64,000 nucleotides of DNA from Nitrosarchaeum sp. (GCA_965223865.1 OZ245020.1:704001-768000), one strand, 5' to 3'. Positions 1 to 10,941 are shown, counted from the stretch's first letter. The notes: generated from the sequence alone by a model not told the origin. Program-made: numbers and translations.

Positions 1-2
1 AT

Positions 3-236
3 TTTACAGAAATAAAATCAATTTTACAGTCAGCATTAAAAATTGGATTAAACTTGGAAATTCAAACAAAAACTTCTTTTGATCCTATCTTTGAAGAAGG
101 AAGATCTGCATCAATATTGATTAATGAAAAACCTGTTGGAATTATTGGCGAGATAAATTCAAAGACAATAGAAAATTACAAGATTCGTGTTCCTGTAGTT
201 GGATTTGAAATTTCCCTTACTGGGATTATTGATTAA
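3..236 (+). CDS. pheT: Phenylalanyl-tRNA synthetase beta subunit, C-terminal fragment (5' partial)
   Basis: Frame is open from the window edge (FTEIKSILQSAL...FEEGRSA...GIIGEI...PVVGFEI), typical of the archaeal PheT C-terminus. Confidence 0.8.
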   Translation, partial: FTEIKSILQSALKIGLNLEIQTKTSFDPIFEEGRSASILINEKPVGIIGEINSKTIENYKIRVPVVGFEISLTGIID

Positions 237-341
237 AGAAAAATCTGCTATTTTAAAATAATTCATAATTTTTATGCCTTATTTTACTATTCAAACAATG
301 GACCTCAATAGTTTTTAGCAGAGTTTGGTTCTTTATTTATT

Positions 342-510
342 GCCCAAGAGCAGGCACGCAGACGGATTAGGATGATGTCGATCGTATTGATACCAATGAT
401 TTCTAATTCACCCAGGTGTGCTACATTATGGGCAAACCCCGGTTAGAAAACCCAAGGAGGTTTTGGCTAAATACCAATGATCTTGTGCGAGTCAGAACCG
501 GGGAACAATT
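342..510 (+). ncRNA. Putative two-hairpin H/ACA-type guide RNA
   Basis: GC-rich intergenic stretch. Hairpin 1 GCCCA..TGGGC is followed by AAA; hairpin 2 CCCCGGTT..AACCGGGG is followed by AACA and a T-run. Both hairpins contain ATACCAATGAT (K-turn-like). Confidence 0.6.
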
Positions 511-559
511 TTGTTTTTTAAAAAGCATAAAGCATGCTTGATCTTAGTGATAACTGAAA

Positions 560-979
560 ATGGTAAAATATTGGCTAGCCAAACAAGAACCTAGTGGTCC
601 TAGAGGATACAATTTTGAAAATCTAAAAAAAGACAAAAAAACAGTTTGGGATGGAGTCCACAACAATCTTGCACTAAAACATATGAGAGAGATGAAGCCA
701 AAAGATCTGGTCTTGTTTTATCATACCGGTGATGAAAGACAAGCAGTTGGAATTATGGAAGTCGTCTCAAAACCATATCCAAATCCAGAAGAAGACAACG
801 AGAGATTTATTGTAGTTGATGTCAAATACAAAAAACCGCTAAAAAAACCTGTAACTCTAAATGAAATGAAGAAACAGAAAAAATTTAAGGATTGGGAGCT
901 CTTACGTATTTCAAGACTGTCTATGATGCCTGTTCCAAAGGAAATCTGGGATGAAATTATTCAGATTTCCCAAAACTAG
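560..979 (+). CDS. EVE domain (PUA-like) protein
   Basis: YWLxKxEP, WDGVxN, LFYHTG and RxSRLS EVE motifs. Confidence 0.9.
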   Translation: MVKYWLAKQEPSGPRGYNFENLKKDKKTVWDGVHNNLALKHMREMKPKDLVLFYHTGDERQAVGIMEVVSKPYPNPEEDNERFIVVDVKYKKPLKKPVTLNEMKKQKKFKDWELLRISRLSMMPVPKEIWDEIIQISQN

Positions 980-1028
980 TTTGGATTGAATCGGTTTATT
1001 GATATAGTCGATTTGTTTAATGTGATTT

Positions 1029-1268
1029 ATGGCAACAGCTTATGTGTTAATAAACTGTGAACTAGGTTCAGAAGAGGCTATTATTCAGCAACTTAAGGGT
1101 CTAGAAGGTGTAAAAGAAGTTCATGGAACTTTTGGTGCATACGATATCTTGGCCAAGATTGAATCTGACACTGTTGAAAAACTTAGAGAAACCATTACAT
1201 GGAAAATCAGAAAAATTGAGAAGATTCGATCGACACTAACCCTAATGGGTATAGAAGGTCAGACATAA
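1029..1268 (+). CDS. Lrp/AsnC ligand-binding domain protein
   Basis: AYVLIN...FGAYDILAKIE...STLTL stand-alone AsnC domain. Confidence 0.9.
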   Translation: MATAYVLINCELGSEEAIIQQLKGLEGVKEVHGTFGAYDILAKIESDTVEKLRETITWKIRKIEKIRSTLTLMGIEGQT

Positions 1269-1286
1269 ACACCCCCTTTTCTTATT

Positions 1287-1853
1287 ATGATTTTACATTT
1301 TATTTTTGTTGTAAAAGATGAAGATCTTGAAAAACGAAAACCAGAATTTGAGTATATCCAAAAAATGGCACAGTTTTTCAAAGTTTGGATTAAGGAAAAA
1401 TTCAATAAGGATTTTGATATTCGATGTGATGAATTAGTTACAAAACCAAGAACTTTGTTTCAGAAACTAGACACTCACACTATGTTACAAGATCACGAGC
1501 AACGAGGAAAAGAAATCTTTCATTTCTACTTGTGCCATTTTAGGCCATTGTGGACTGACTGTACCTGTGAAGGATATCATGCTGAAAATTTTGGAATGAT
1601 TTACTGGAAGCGTCCTACAAATCCCAATGATACCCTATTCCTTGCAGAGAAAAACTGTACCACAGTTTCTCATGAATTAGCACACGAACTCTTAAGGTCA
1701 ATTGGATACAAGAAATTCAAAGACGACGTTCATGAGATATGGAGCAAACACTTCTATGATCAGTTATACTTTGAACAATATGATTCTGATTTTAAAAAAA
1801 CAGATGGGAAACCAACCTTTCTTACAATTGATACCTCTGATCTAAAAATTTAG
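1287..1853 (+). CDS. Conserved hypothetical protein with zincin HExxH motif
   Basis: SHELAHELL motif, 188 aa. Confidence 0.65.
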   Translation: MILHFIFVVKDEDLEKRKPEFEYIQKMAQFFKVWIKEKFNKDFDIRCDELVTKPRTLFQKLDTHTMLQDHEQRGKEIFHFYLCHFRPLWTDCTCEGYHAENFGMIYWKRPTNPNDTLFLAEKNCTTVSHELAHELLRSIGYKKFKDDVHEIWSKHFYDQLYFEQYDSDFKKTDGKPTFLTIDTSDLKI

Positions 1854-1887
1854 TATTTTTAAAATTCAAATTTTAGGATTTTTCTCA

Positions 1888-2520
1888 CTAACACTTTGTT
1901 ACTGAATAGATATTATTTTCAAAGTTTGCTGTCTTAAAATCTAGTTTGTTTTCAGGATCATTTGTTCTTGATTTGCTCAGGTTTTCTAGCTCAACTAATG
2001 CATCTCCTCTGAATCCTACTGAAGATCCATAAATTGCATCAGTTAACATAGTTCCATGATCTCCTTTCTTAATATCATCTACCATCTCATAGAATCTTGT
2101 AGTTTCTTTTTTGTTTACAGGGTTTCCAGTTGCTTTGTTGTAAGCAACTGAAATATACATTCCATTATTTTTTACCGCTACTGGAATCTTGTGATTTTTA
2201 CCGCTAACACCTGGAATGGTCTCATTAACTAAAACTTCACATTTGTGATACATGCTAGATACATAGGCAAAGAATCTGTATTGTGCAAATTTTCCTGCCT
2301 TGTCTTCTTCACATTCGACAAATACCTTATGTAATAACTCTAGGGCATCATCATTCATACTTTGCAGTCTATCATCAATTCTTCCTCTTTCAAGAAGATC
2401 TGACTTGCATTCTTTTGCAACTAACTCTAAAATAAAATCCGGTAAATTGTAATTTTTTAGTGCAGCTACAAATGCTCCTGCCTGTGACATACCAAATTTT
2501 GGAAAACCTTTATTCACCAT
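1888..2520 (-). CDS. Conserved thaumarchaeal hypothetical protein
   Basis: 210-aa ORF; GVSGKNHKIPVAV resembles a restriction-endonuclease-like strand. Confidence 0.7.
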   Translation of the reverse strand: MVNKGFPKFGMSQAGAFVAALKNYNLPDFILELVAKECKSDLLERGRIDDRLQSMNDDALELLHKVFVECEEDKAGKFAQYRFFAYVSSMYHKCEVLVNETIPGVSGKNHKIPVAVKNNGMYISVAYNKATGNPVNKKETTRFYEMVDDIKKGDHGTMLTDAIYGSSVGFRGDALVELENLSKSRTNDPENKLDFKTANFENNIYSVTKC

Positions 2521-2672
2521 ATCAATACTCCCTCAGAATTTTGTAACTCCCAACAATCAATTAGGAAGCTGCTTTTGGCTTATAATTGTTAAGGAATTTT
2601 TCAATATATTATGATATTTTTCATTAATTTAGAATTGATAATATTAAATTCCCGATAAATTAACATTCTCTC

Positions 2673-4940
2673 ATGGAAATAGAGACAACTTCTGAAATGG
2701 TTTCAAAAGTTTACAAAAAATTAAAAGAAAATTCAGAAAAATATCGAAAAGTTGTACAAAGGCCTCTCACTCTTACTGAAAAAATTTTGTCGGGACACTT
2801 GCAAGATGTAGGTGAAAAAAGTCTTGATGGAGGAAAAAATTATGTTTTTCTTAGACCTGATAGAGTTGCCCTTCAAGACGTTACAGGACAAATGGTAATG
2901 CTTCAATTCATGCAAGCAGGACTAAAACAATCCACACTACCCACAACCGTACACTGTGATCATCTAATTCGAGCTCAAGTTGAAGGAGATATTGACATGA
3001 AGGTCTCTCTGGATGAAAATAGCGAAGTATTCAAATTCTTGCAATCAGCTGCTGCAAAGTATGGCTGTGGGTTTTGGAAGCCTGGTGCAGGAATAATTCA
3101 TCAAGTGGTTTTAGAAAATTATGCATTCCCTGGTGGATTGATGATTGGTACTGACTCTCATACACCAAATGCCGGAGGACTTGGAATGATAGCAGTTGGA
3201 GTCGGTGGTCTGGATGCTGCTGAGACGATGGCTGGCATGCCTTGGGAATTGTTGTATCCAAAGAGAATCGGCGTTAGACTTACTGGTGAGTTAAATGGTT
3301 GGACTGCTCCTAAAGATATCATACTCAAAGTTGCCGAACAATTAACAGTTTCAGGAGGGACAAATTCAATTGTAGAATATTTTGGTCCGGGAGCTGAATC
3401 TATTAGTTGCACTGGAAAGGCTACTATCACGAACATGGGAGCAGAAATTGGAGCAACATGCTCAATTTTTCCATATGATAAAAGAATGGAAACTTATCTG
3501 AATTATACTAATAGAGAAAAGATTGCCGAACTTGCAAATCAATACAAGGACTTGTTAGTAGCTGATCCAGAAGTTGAAGAAAATCCAGAAAAATTCTTTG
3601 ATAAAGTCATTGACATTAATCTATCCACTCTGGAGCCTCATATTGTAGGTCCGCATACTCCAGATTTGGCAAGATCAATTTCGGACTTGGCAAGCGATGT
3701 ACAATCTAATGATTACATTGATCCAATCTCTGTTGCATTAATTGGAAGTTGCACAAACTCATCTTATGAAGACATGTCAAGAGCTGCAAGTCTAGCTGAA
3801 CAAGCAAAATCAAAGGGCATTAAAGCAAAAATTCCATTATTAGTTACTCCTGGTTCGGAGCAAATACGAGGAACTATTGAAAGAGATGGACAAATGGACT
3901 CTCTCAAAGACATTGGTGCAACAGTATTGGCAAATGCCTGTGGTCCTTGTATTGGACAATGGTCAAGACCAGAACTAGAAAATGATGATAAAAATACAAT
4001 TGTTACCACCTTTAATCGAAATTTTCCTGGACGAAATGATGGACACAGAAACACTCTGAATTTTATTGGAAGCCCTGAAATGATAATTGCTCTAGCCTTA
4101 GGTGGTCGTTTATCATTTAACCCACTCAAAGATCAATTAACTGCAGCAGATGGAACCCTATTCAAACTTGAACCTCCAAAACCTGCACCTGAGGTTCCAT
4201 CTGAAGGCTTTATGCGACCAGAGGGAATCTATGTTGCCCCTCCAGCAAACTCTGATGATCTTGATGTGATTATTGATCCTAACAGCAAGCGTCTACAACG
4301 ATTAGAACCTTTTTCAAAATGGGATGGAAAAGACTTTGAATCTATTCATATAATGGTAAAGGCCAAAGGAAAATGTACTACTGATCATATCTCACCAGCT
4401 GGAGCTTGGCTTTCTCTGAGAGGTCACCTGGATAATCTTAGCGATAATATGCTGTTGGGTGCTGTAAATGCATTTAATGACAAAGTAGGTGAGGGCAAAA
4501 ATCATCTAACAGGAAATATTGAAAACTTTGCAAAAATTGCAAGGCAGTACAAAGAAAAAAACATGAGATGGATAATTATTGGAGACAACAACTATGGAGA
4601 AGGCAGCAGCAGAGAGCATGCAGCTATGACCCCAAGACATCTGGGATGTGCCGCAGTGATTACAAAAAGTTTTGCTAGAATTCATGAAACAAATCTGAAA
4701 AAGCAAGGAGTCTTGGCATTAACCTTTGCAAATCCAGATGACTACAACAAAATTCAAGAAAACGACAAAATCAGTCTTGTGAAATTAAATGAAATAGAAC
4801 CACAAAAACAAATCAGTTGCATTTTAAATCATAGTGATGGTCCTCAAGAAGAAATCCTACTAAACCATTCATACAACAAAGCTCAGATTGAATGGTTCAA
4901 GGCAGGTTCTGCACTAAATGTTCTAAGAAACAAAACTTAG
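2673..4940 (+). CDS. acnA: Aconitate hydratase
   Basis: DHLI, GTDSHT, IGSCTNSS, CGPCIG, TTDHISPAG and GEGSSREHAA motifs. Confidence 0.97.
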   Translation: MEIETTSEMVSKVYKKLKENSEKYRKVVQRPLTLTEKILSGHLQDVGEKSLDGGKNYVFLRPDRVALQDVTGQMVMLQFMQAGLKQSTLPTTVHCDHLIRAQVEGDIDMKVSLDENSEVFKFLQSAAAKYGCGFWKPGAGIIHQVVLENYAFPGGLMIGTDSHTPNAGGLGMIAVGVGGLDAAETMAGMPWELLYPKRIGVRLTGELNGWTAPKDIILKVAEQLTVSGGTNSIVEYFGPGAESISCTGKATITNMGAEIGATCSIFPYDKRMETYLNYTNREKIAELANQYKDLLVADPEVEENPEKFFDKVIDINLSTLEPHIVGPHTPDLARSISDLASDVQSNDYIDPISVALIGSCTNSSYEDMSRAASLAEQAKSKGIKAKIPLLVTPGSEQIRGTIERDGQMDSLKDIGATVLANACGPCIGQWSRPELENDDKNTIVTTFNRNFPGRNDGHRNTLNFIGSPEMIIALALGGRLSFNPLKDQLTAADGTLFKLEPPKPAPEVPSEGFMRPEGIYVAPPANSDDLDVIIDPNSKRLQRLEPFSKWDGKDFESIHIMVKAKGKCTTDHISPAGAWLSLRGHLDNLSDNMLLGAVNAFNDKVGEGKNHLTGNIENFAKIARQYKEKNMRWIIIGDNNYGEGSSREHAAMTPRHLGCAAVITKSFARIHETNLKKQGVLALTFANPDDYNKIQENDKISLVKLNEIEPQKQISCILNHSDGPQEEILLNHSYNKAQIEWFKAGSALNVLRNKT

Positions 4941-4950
4941 GATTCTAACG

Positions 4951-5105
4951 TGGGGCCGACCGGAATCGAACCGGCGACCTACGGGTCACTACAGCTCCAA
5001 ACTTACATCATCCGTTAGTCAGTTTTAGCTTAGTTTAACCTCTGGAGCCCTTAGCGGTGATCTATTCGTAGACACTGTCGCCCTACCAGGCTAGGCTACG
5101 ACCCC
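4951..5105 (-). tRNA. trnW: tRNA-Trp(CCA) with two introns (about 5051-5076 non-canonical; about 4987-5041 canonical 37/38, C/D-box containing)
   Basis: Reverse complement: GGGGTCG acceptor stem, D-arm, AC[intron]GGG-CTCCAG[intron]A-CCCGT anticodon arm, GGTTCGATTCC T-arm, CGGCCCCA end. Confidence 0.9.
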
Positions 5106-5192
5106 ACGATCATGAATGAAATGGACTTGAATTTTAAGTTATTTTAACCAAGATTTATTTGCGAATTAAAGGAAAAAATTTGTAACAAAATC

Positions 5193-5726
5193 ATGGTAAA
5201 ACCAATCCTTTTAGCAATAGGTGCAATTCCAGTTATTCTTGCAATTTTAATTGCAATTCCATTAATAACAAAACCCGAAATTCCTTTTTCAGCAGCTAAT
5301 CCAAGTGATAGAATTGAAATTGAATACACAAAGCATCAACTAACAAAAATATCAAACAGCATAACAGATAGAGTCATTTCACAAAAATCAGAAATTCTTG
5401 TAATTGAGAACAACGGTGAAGTAAGATACACTTTAACTGAAGCAGGATATCCAAATCCGGAAATCCGGTCTAATATAGATGAAACCAAACATAAAAAACT
5501 AAAGGCATTAATCAAAGAGACTGGATTTGTTGCAATTCCCTCAGAGTCATTTCCTATTTTAGAAAATGTAACAAAATATCAAAAATCGAGTGTCAAAGTC
5601 ACTGTAAATGCTCAAGTAAACCAAATTCACTGGCCTGAACAAAACGCAACTGCCAAATTCATTCCGCCAATTATAACAATGGTTGAATCTCAACTAGATC
5701 AAATCATAAAGCAAGTTAGTGAATAG
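5193..5726 (+). CDS. Membrane-anchored hypothetical protein
   Basis: N-terminal hydrophobic helix, 177 aa. Confidence 0.7.
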   Translation: MVKPILLAIGAIPVILAILIAIPLITKPEIPFSAANPSDRIEIEYTKHQLTKISNSITDRVISQKSEILVIENNGEVRYTLTEAGYPNPEIRSNIDETKHKKLKALIKETGFVAIPSESFPILENVTKYQKSSVKVTVNAQVNQIHWPEQNATAKFIPPIITMVESQLDQIIKQVSE

Positions 5727-5757
5727 GTACAAATAGCCTTCAGGTAAGACTCTGTGC

Positions 5758-6726
5758 ATGCTTTCACTATCTGGTCAAAGAGATGATGCAAAGGGAATAG
5801 TTTGTGAAAAATCAGATAATAGTGATATTTTACGTGGCACATCAACTCTGAAACGTGGATTTGCTCATATGCTAAAAAATGGAGTTGTAATGGATGTCAC
5901 AAATGTAGAACAAGCACAGATTGCTGAAGAGGCAGGGGCCGTATCTGTTATGGTTTTAGATAAACTTCCCTCTGATGTGAGAAAAGCAGGAGGTGTTGCA
6001 AGAACTGCAAGTATTAGAATTATTGAAGAGATTATGAATTCAGTAACAATTCCTGTAATGGCAAAATGCAGAATTGGTCACGTCTATGAAGCTCGAGTAC
6101 TTGCAGAGACGAATGTTGATATGATTGATGAATCAGAAGTCTTGACTCCAGCTGATGAATATCATCACATTTGGAAATGGGATTACACCACTCCTTTTGT
6201 TAATGGAGCACGCTCACTAGCTGAAGCTCTAAGAAGAATCGAAGAAGGTGCTGCAATGATTAGAACAAAAGGAGAGCCAGGTACTGGAAATGTAGCAGAA
6301 GCTGTAATTCATATCAAAAAAGTAAATGATGAATTACGAGCAATAAAATCAATTTATGATTCTGGCGATGATCAAGACCTGGTTAGGATGGCAAGAGAAT
6401 TCAAGGTATCTTATGATATTGTAAGAGAAACCGCAAAGCTAGGACGATTACCTGTTGTTAATTTTGCAGCCGGTGGAATTGCAACACCAGCTGATGCTGC
6501 ATATTTGATGTCACTTGGATGTGATGGAATATTTGTTGGTTCTGGAATCTTTAATGCAGATGATGCACAAGAGCGAGCAAGATCAATTGTTTTGGCAACC
6601 ACATTTTGGAATGAACCTGAAAAAGTAAAGGAAGCACAAAAGATGATTGATGAAAGACAATCAATGTTAGGCCTTGATGTAAAAACTTTGGAGCTAAAGA
6701 TGCAGGAGCGTGGTAGTTCAGCATGA
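5758..6726 (+). CDS. pdxS: Pyridoxal 5'-phosphate synthase lyase subunit
   Basis: [46 protein letters not shown]. Confidence 0.97.
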   Translation: MLSLSGQRDDAKGIVCEKSDNSDILRGTSTLKRGFAHMLKNGVVMDVTNVEQAQIAEEAGAVSVMVLDKLPSDVRKAGGVARTASIRIIEEIMNSVTIPVMAKCRIGHVYEARVLAETNVDMIDESEVLTPADEYHHIWKWDYTTPFVNGARSLAEALRRIEEGAAMIRTKGEPGTGNVAEAVIHIKKVNDELRAIKSIYDSGDDQDLVRMAREFKVSYDIVRETAKLGRLPVVNFAAGGIATPADAAYLMSLGCDGIFVGSGIFNADDAQERARSIVLATTFWNEPEKVKEAQKMIDERQSMLGLDVKTLELKMQERGSSA

Positions 6727-7337
6727 GCCTTAATGTTGGTATTTTATCTATCCAGGGAGATGTTGCAGAAAATACTCTTGCAACAAAAGCAGCACTAAAA
6801 GAATTAAACTTAGAGGGAACAGTAACTAGTGTAAAAACTCCTGAAGAGATCTCTCAAATTGATGGGCTGATAATTCCTGGTGGTGAGAGTACAACAATTG
6901 GCCAACTATCTCTGGTGAATAGTTCTCTGAAAAAAATTAAAGAGAAAATAGAGGGAGGAATGCCTGTCTTGGGCATTTGTGCAGGAATGATCATGTTATC
7001 TAATATCGCAGATGATAGAATAGTTGGAAAAACAAATCAGCCACTAATAGAATACCTAGACATTAAACTTGAGAGAAACTCTTTTGGTAGACAGCGAGAT
7101 TCTTTTGAGGCAGACATTTCAATGGATTCAATTGATATTCCAAAATTTAATGGTGTTTTCATTAGGGCTCCATCAGTTACAGATGTTGGCTCTGATGTTG
7201 AGGTATTATCAAAGTTTAATGAAAAAATTGTTGCAGTCAAAAAAGGAAATGTAATTGGAACTTCATTTCATCCGGAACTGACAAAAGATGTATCATTGCA
7301 CAAATATTTTGTAAAACTGGCTAGTCAGATAAACTAA
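6723..7337 (+). CDS. pdxT: PLP synthase glutaminase subunit
   Basis: IPGGEST, GICAG, RNSFGRQ, FIRAP, FHPEL; overlaps pdxS by ATGA. Confidence 0.97.
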   Translation: MSLNVGILSIQGDVAENTLATKAALKELNLEGTVTSVKTPEEISQIDGLIIPGGESTTIGQLSLVNSSLKKIKEKIEGGMPVLGICAGMIMLSNIADDRIVGKTNQPLIEYLDIKLERNSFGRQRDSFEADISMDSIDIPKFNGVFIRAPSVTDVGSDVEVLSKFNEKIVAVKKGNVIGTSFHPELTKDVSLHKYFVKLASQIN

Positions 7338-7567
7338 TTTTTTAGATTTCTCTTCATATTGTAAATATTCAATTTTTTTTAAAAGCTAGATTTTATATCC
7401 AGGGCTTTTCAACCTCATCTTATGTCTCTATTGGAGTTTCTCCAATAGACTTGGTGTTCCAAATGTTGGCAAAGAGACATTTGTTTGAACAAAAAGTAAC
7501 GGCATTGTTTATAGATCTTTTCAACAATACATAATTGCAACAAACAAAAAACAATCCTGGTCGTTAC

Positions 7568-9262
7568 ATGAAAGCTTCAGATCTCTTAATCAAATGCTTA
7601 GAGGCTGAAGGTGTAGAGTACATCTTTGGTATTCCTGGTGAGGAAAATGCTGCTATGATGATGTCTCTTGCAGAATCATCAAAAATAAAATTTATCCTAA
7701 CTAGACATGAACAAGGTGCTGCTTTCATGGCTGATGTCTATGGTAGGCTTTCGGGTAAAGTAGGTGTTTGTTTGGCCACCCTTGGACCAGGGGCAACAAA
7801 CCTTGCAACAGGTGTGGCAAATGCAAACATGGACAGATCAAGATTGCTTGCCATAACTGGACAGACTGATTCTTATCTTTTACACAAAGAATCACACCAA
7901 AATCTTAACGTAGTAAAGATGTTTGAACCGATTACAAAATGGAGTTGGTCTATTAGAAATGCAAAAAATATTCCTGAGATAGTCAGGCGAGCTTTTAAGA
8001 TTGCATTAACCGAGAAACCTGGAGCTACACACATTGAACTTCCACAAGATGTTGCAAAACTAGATTCTGACATTCCTCCTATTGGTTCTCAAGAAATTTT
8101 TAGATCAAAACCAAACTCTAAATTAATCCATGAAGCAGTAAAAATTATTCTTGAGGCAAAAAAACCCATAATATTTGTAGGAAATGGTTGTATCAGAGAA
8201 GATGCAAGTGAACAGATAAGAAAATTTGTTCAGAAAACAAAAATCTGTTCTATTAACACCTTCATGGGAAAAGGAGTAATTCCTGATGATTATGAAACAC
8301 ATCTTCAAACAATTGGTATAAAGGATGCTGATCATGCATTACAAGCAGTACTGGAAGCTGATGTTGTCATATCTGTAGGATATGATCTAGTAGAATACAC
8401 TCCAAGAATGTGGAACTCTGAATTAAACAAGAAAATAATTCATGTTGACTTCACTCCGTCTGAAGTTTACACCTTTTATCGACCAGATGTTGAAATTGCC
8501 TCTGATATTGGCGATGCGATTGACGCAATATCTGAAGAACTAGAAAAAGTACAATCAGAGAACTCTTTACTTGATATTTATCCGCGAAAAGAAATTCCAG
8601 ATGTTTTCAGAAAGGTTCGCTCTGAAGTACTAGAAAGAATTGATACTTTCAAAGATGAGATTTCATATCCAATAAAACCCGAAAAACTAGTCATTGATGT
8701 GAGAAATACGTTGAATCATGATGATATTTTGTTGTCTGATGTAGGTTCTCACAAACTATGGATTTCAAAAATTTATCAAACATTTGAGCCAAACACATGT
8801 CTTGTGCCAAATGGATTTGCCTCAATGGGATTTGCATTGCCCGGCGCAATTGCAGCAAAGCTAGTCTATCCTGAAAAAATCATTGTTGCTATGACTGGGG
8901 ATGGTGGATTTTTAATGAATGTGCAAGAAATAGAAACTGCAGTCCGATTACAGTTGCCCATTATCGTCATTGTTTGGGTGGACTCTGATCTTAATTTGAT
9001 TTCACTTAAAGAAAAATATGAATTTGGTAAAAGCGTTTTTACGAAATTTGAAAATCCAGACTTTGTTCAGCTTGCAGAAAGCTTTGGGGCAATAGGACAT
9101 CATGTGAAGTCCGTACAAGAATTTTCCCAAGTTTTAGAAAAATCAAAGACCATAAAAGATAAACCAGTAATTATTGCAGTAGATGTTGATTACTCTAGAA
9201 ACGCAGTTTTGCTAGATGATGACTTTCCGCCATACGTTGATTCTCTTAACCATAAAGTCTAG
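7568..9262 (+). CDS. ilvB: Acetolactate synthase large subunit (ThDP enzyme)
   Basis: FGIPGEE, TRHEQGAAFMA, TLGPGATN and GDGGFLM ThDP motif; ATG 7568 preferred over TTG 7535. Confidence 0.88.
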   Translation: MKASDLLIKCLEAEGVEYIFGIPGEENAAMMMSLAESSKIKFILTRHEQGAAFMADVYGRLSGKVGVCLATLGPGATNLATGVANANMDRSRLLAITGQTDSYLLHKESHQNLNVVKMFEPITKWSWSIRNAKNIPEIVRRAFKIALTEKPGATHIELPQDVAKLDSDIPPIGSQEIFRSKPNSKLIHEAVKIILEAKKPIIFVGNGCIREDASEQIRKFVQKTKICSINTFMGKGVIPDDYETHLQTIGIKDADHALQAVLEADVVISVGYDLVEYTPRMWNSELNKKIIHVDFTPSEVYTFYRPDVEIASDIGDAIDAISEELEKVQSENSLLDIYPRKEIPDVFRKVRSEVLERIDTFKDEISYPIKPEKLVIDVRNTLNHDDILLSDVGSHKLWISKIYQTFEPNTCLVPNGFASMGFALPGAIAAKLVYPEKIIVAMTGDGGFLMNVQEIETAVRLQLPIIVIVWVDSDLNLISLKEKYEFGKSVFTKFENPDFVQLAESFGAIGHHVKSVQEFSQVLEKSKTIKDKPVIIAVDVDYSRNAVLLDDDFPPYVDSLNHKV

Positions 9263-9367
9263 ACTTTAAATAGATATTTTAAAAATAAATTCCAACAATA
9301 TGAAATACTATAGATCTATATTCTAAATTGGGAAATCTGTTAAATTTAAAAAAAAGATGTTATAATT

Positions 9368-9796
9368 ATGGAAAAAGAATCCAAACCTGAAAAACAAGAA
9401 GAAAAGCTGTCTGTCTGTGACATTATGAAAGAAGACACATCTGAAGTAATTAAGAAGATGGAATCCCAAATACCATCAATATTTCAAAACTTTTCAGACA
9501 TGTACACTGCCTATCTTCACACTTTAGATGATATTTTCGGAACCTGCTATATTGCAGAAAAGGAGTTTTTTGACAAGCTAAACATAGATCAGGGAGTGTT
9601 AAGACAAATCAAGAAAAATTCTGAATCAATCAAAAATAACTATATTGAGAATTTTGAAATGGCCTCAAGATTATTTGATGAATACGCCAAGATACGAGTA
9701 ACTGCCATTAAGTCATTTGATAACTATGTTCATACCATGATGGAATCATATGCCCAAATGCTGTCGCAATATAATAAATCCACAAAAAACTCTTGA
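9368..9796 (+). CDS. Helical hypothetical protein (paralogue at 34722-35147)
   Basis: 142-aa ORF; aligns by eye with the island paralogue. Confidence 0.7.
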   Translation: MEKESKPEKQEEKLSVCDIMKEDTSEVIKKMESQIPSIFQNFSDMYTAYLHTLDDIFGTCYIAEKEFFDKLNIDQGVLRQIKKNSESIKNNYIENFEMASRLFDEYAKIRVTAIKSFDNYVHTMMESYAQMLSQYNKSTKNS

Positions 9797-9942
9797 TTCT
9801 TACAAATGGTTCCATGATGAAATAAAAGAACACTGGAAAATTGTATCTTCTACACAAGTTATTATTACCAAACCCTGTATCTAGACTCAAAAAACATTCA
9901 CCTTAGTTTCTTTGTTTGATTTTTCATACGTCAAATTTTGAA

Positions 9943-10890
9943 TTAAGATTGCAGTTTTTGCTTTATTGCAATTCTAGTAAAAATAACTCCAATTATAGTT
10001 GCAAACCCCATTGTACACAACCTTGTTAATATTACAAGTGATGATGCTACAAAGAGCTCCAATCCTTGTTGTATTAGCAAAAGATCAGCTACACTTTCAT
10101 GAACACCGATTCCTCCAGGCATAAAGGACAAAACACCATATCCTAAAGAAGTAAAATAGATCTGAGATGTCAAAATGTAACCTAGATCAACATTTAGTGC
10201 AAGAAAAACTACATAGACTGCCAATGAGTCAATTCCCCATCCTACTGTGCTAATTACCCATCCTTTTGTCATACTTTTTGGATTTGTCAAAATGGAAAAT
10301 GATTCGCTTGGTCCTATATCAGGCAGACGCTTTGATATGAATTTGATTTTTGAGAGTTTACTGTATACAAATACCGAAAAATTTTTCTTTCGAATCAATA
10401 AAAACGTCCCAACTAGTATGATTGCTGAAATTACGACCAAAGAAACTGATATGGCACCAAAATAGATTGAAAGACTTGCAATAATTATTGATGTTCCTGC
10501 AAGTAAATCATGAAATCTTTCCATAAAAATAACTGAAATGGACTTGTCAGCTGGAATATGAAATCTTTCTTTAAGGTACAGTGACTTTATGAAAGTTCCA
10601 ACACCGCCAGGCGTGTTAATCAATGATAATCCTGCCATGTAAATAACCATATTTTGAGTAGATGAAATTTTCTCACCAAGGAAATTCAAGAATTCTTTTT
10701 GACGAAAACTCTTTACTATATGAGATAAAAAAACAAGTCCAAATATCAAAAATAGAAATTCAATTCTAATTTGTGAAAAGTGTTCAGAAATCTTATCTAC
10801 ATCAGAAATGAAAATTAGCAGAACGTAAAAAAGAATAGTTGCAAGAATGATCCATAAAATTTTTGTTCTTATTAGTTCTAGTATCCCCAT
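9943..10890 (-). CDS. Lysylphosphatidylglycerol synthase TM / flippase-like membrane protein
   Basis: Multi-TM with TPGGVG, ERxxD and PGGIGVxE motifs. Confidence 0.85.
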   Translation of the reverse strand: MGILELIRTKILWIILATILFYVLLIFISDVDKISEHFSQIRIEFLFLIFGLVFLSHIVKSFRQKEFLNFLGEKISSTQNMVIYMAGLSLINTPGGVGTFIKSLYLKERFHIPADKSISVIFMERFHDLLAGTSIIIASLSIYFGAISVSLVVISAIILVGTFLLIRKKNFSVFVYSKLSKIKFISKRLPDIGPSESFSILTNPKSMTKGWVISTVGWGIDSLAVYVVFLALNVDLGYILTSQIYFTSLGYGVLSFMPGGIGVHESVADLLLIQQGLELFVASSLVILTRLCTMGFATIIGVIFTRIAIKQKLQS

Positions 10891-10941
10891 TTTTTATCTC
10901 AATACCCATTACTACATTTTTGTCTAGATTAACTTTGTAAT

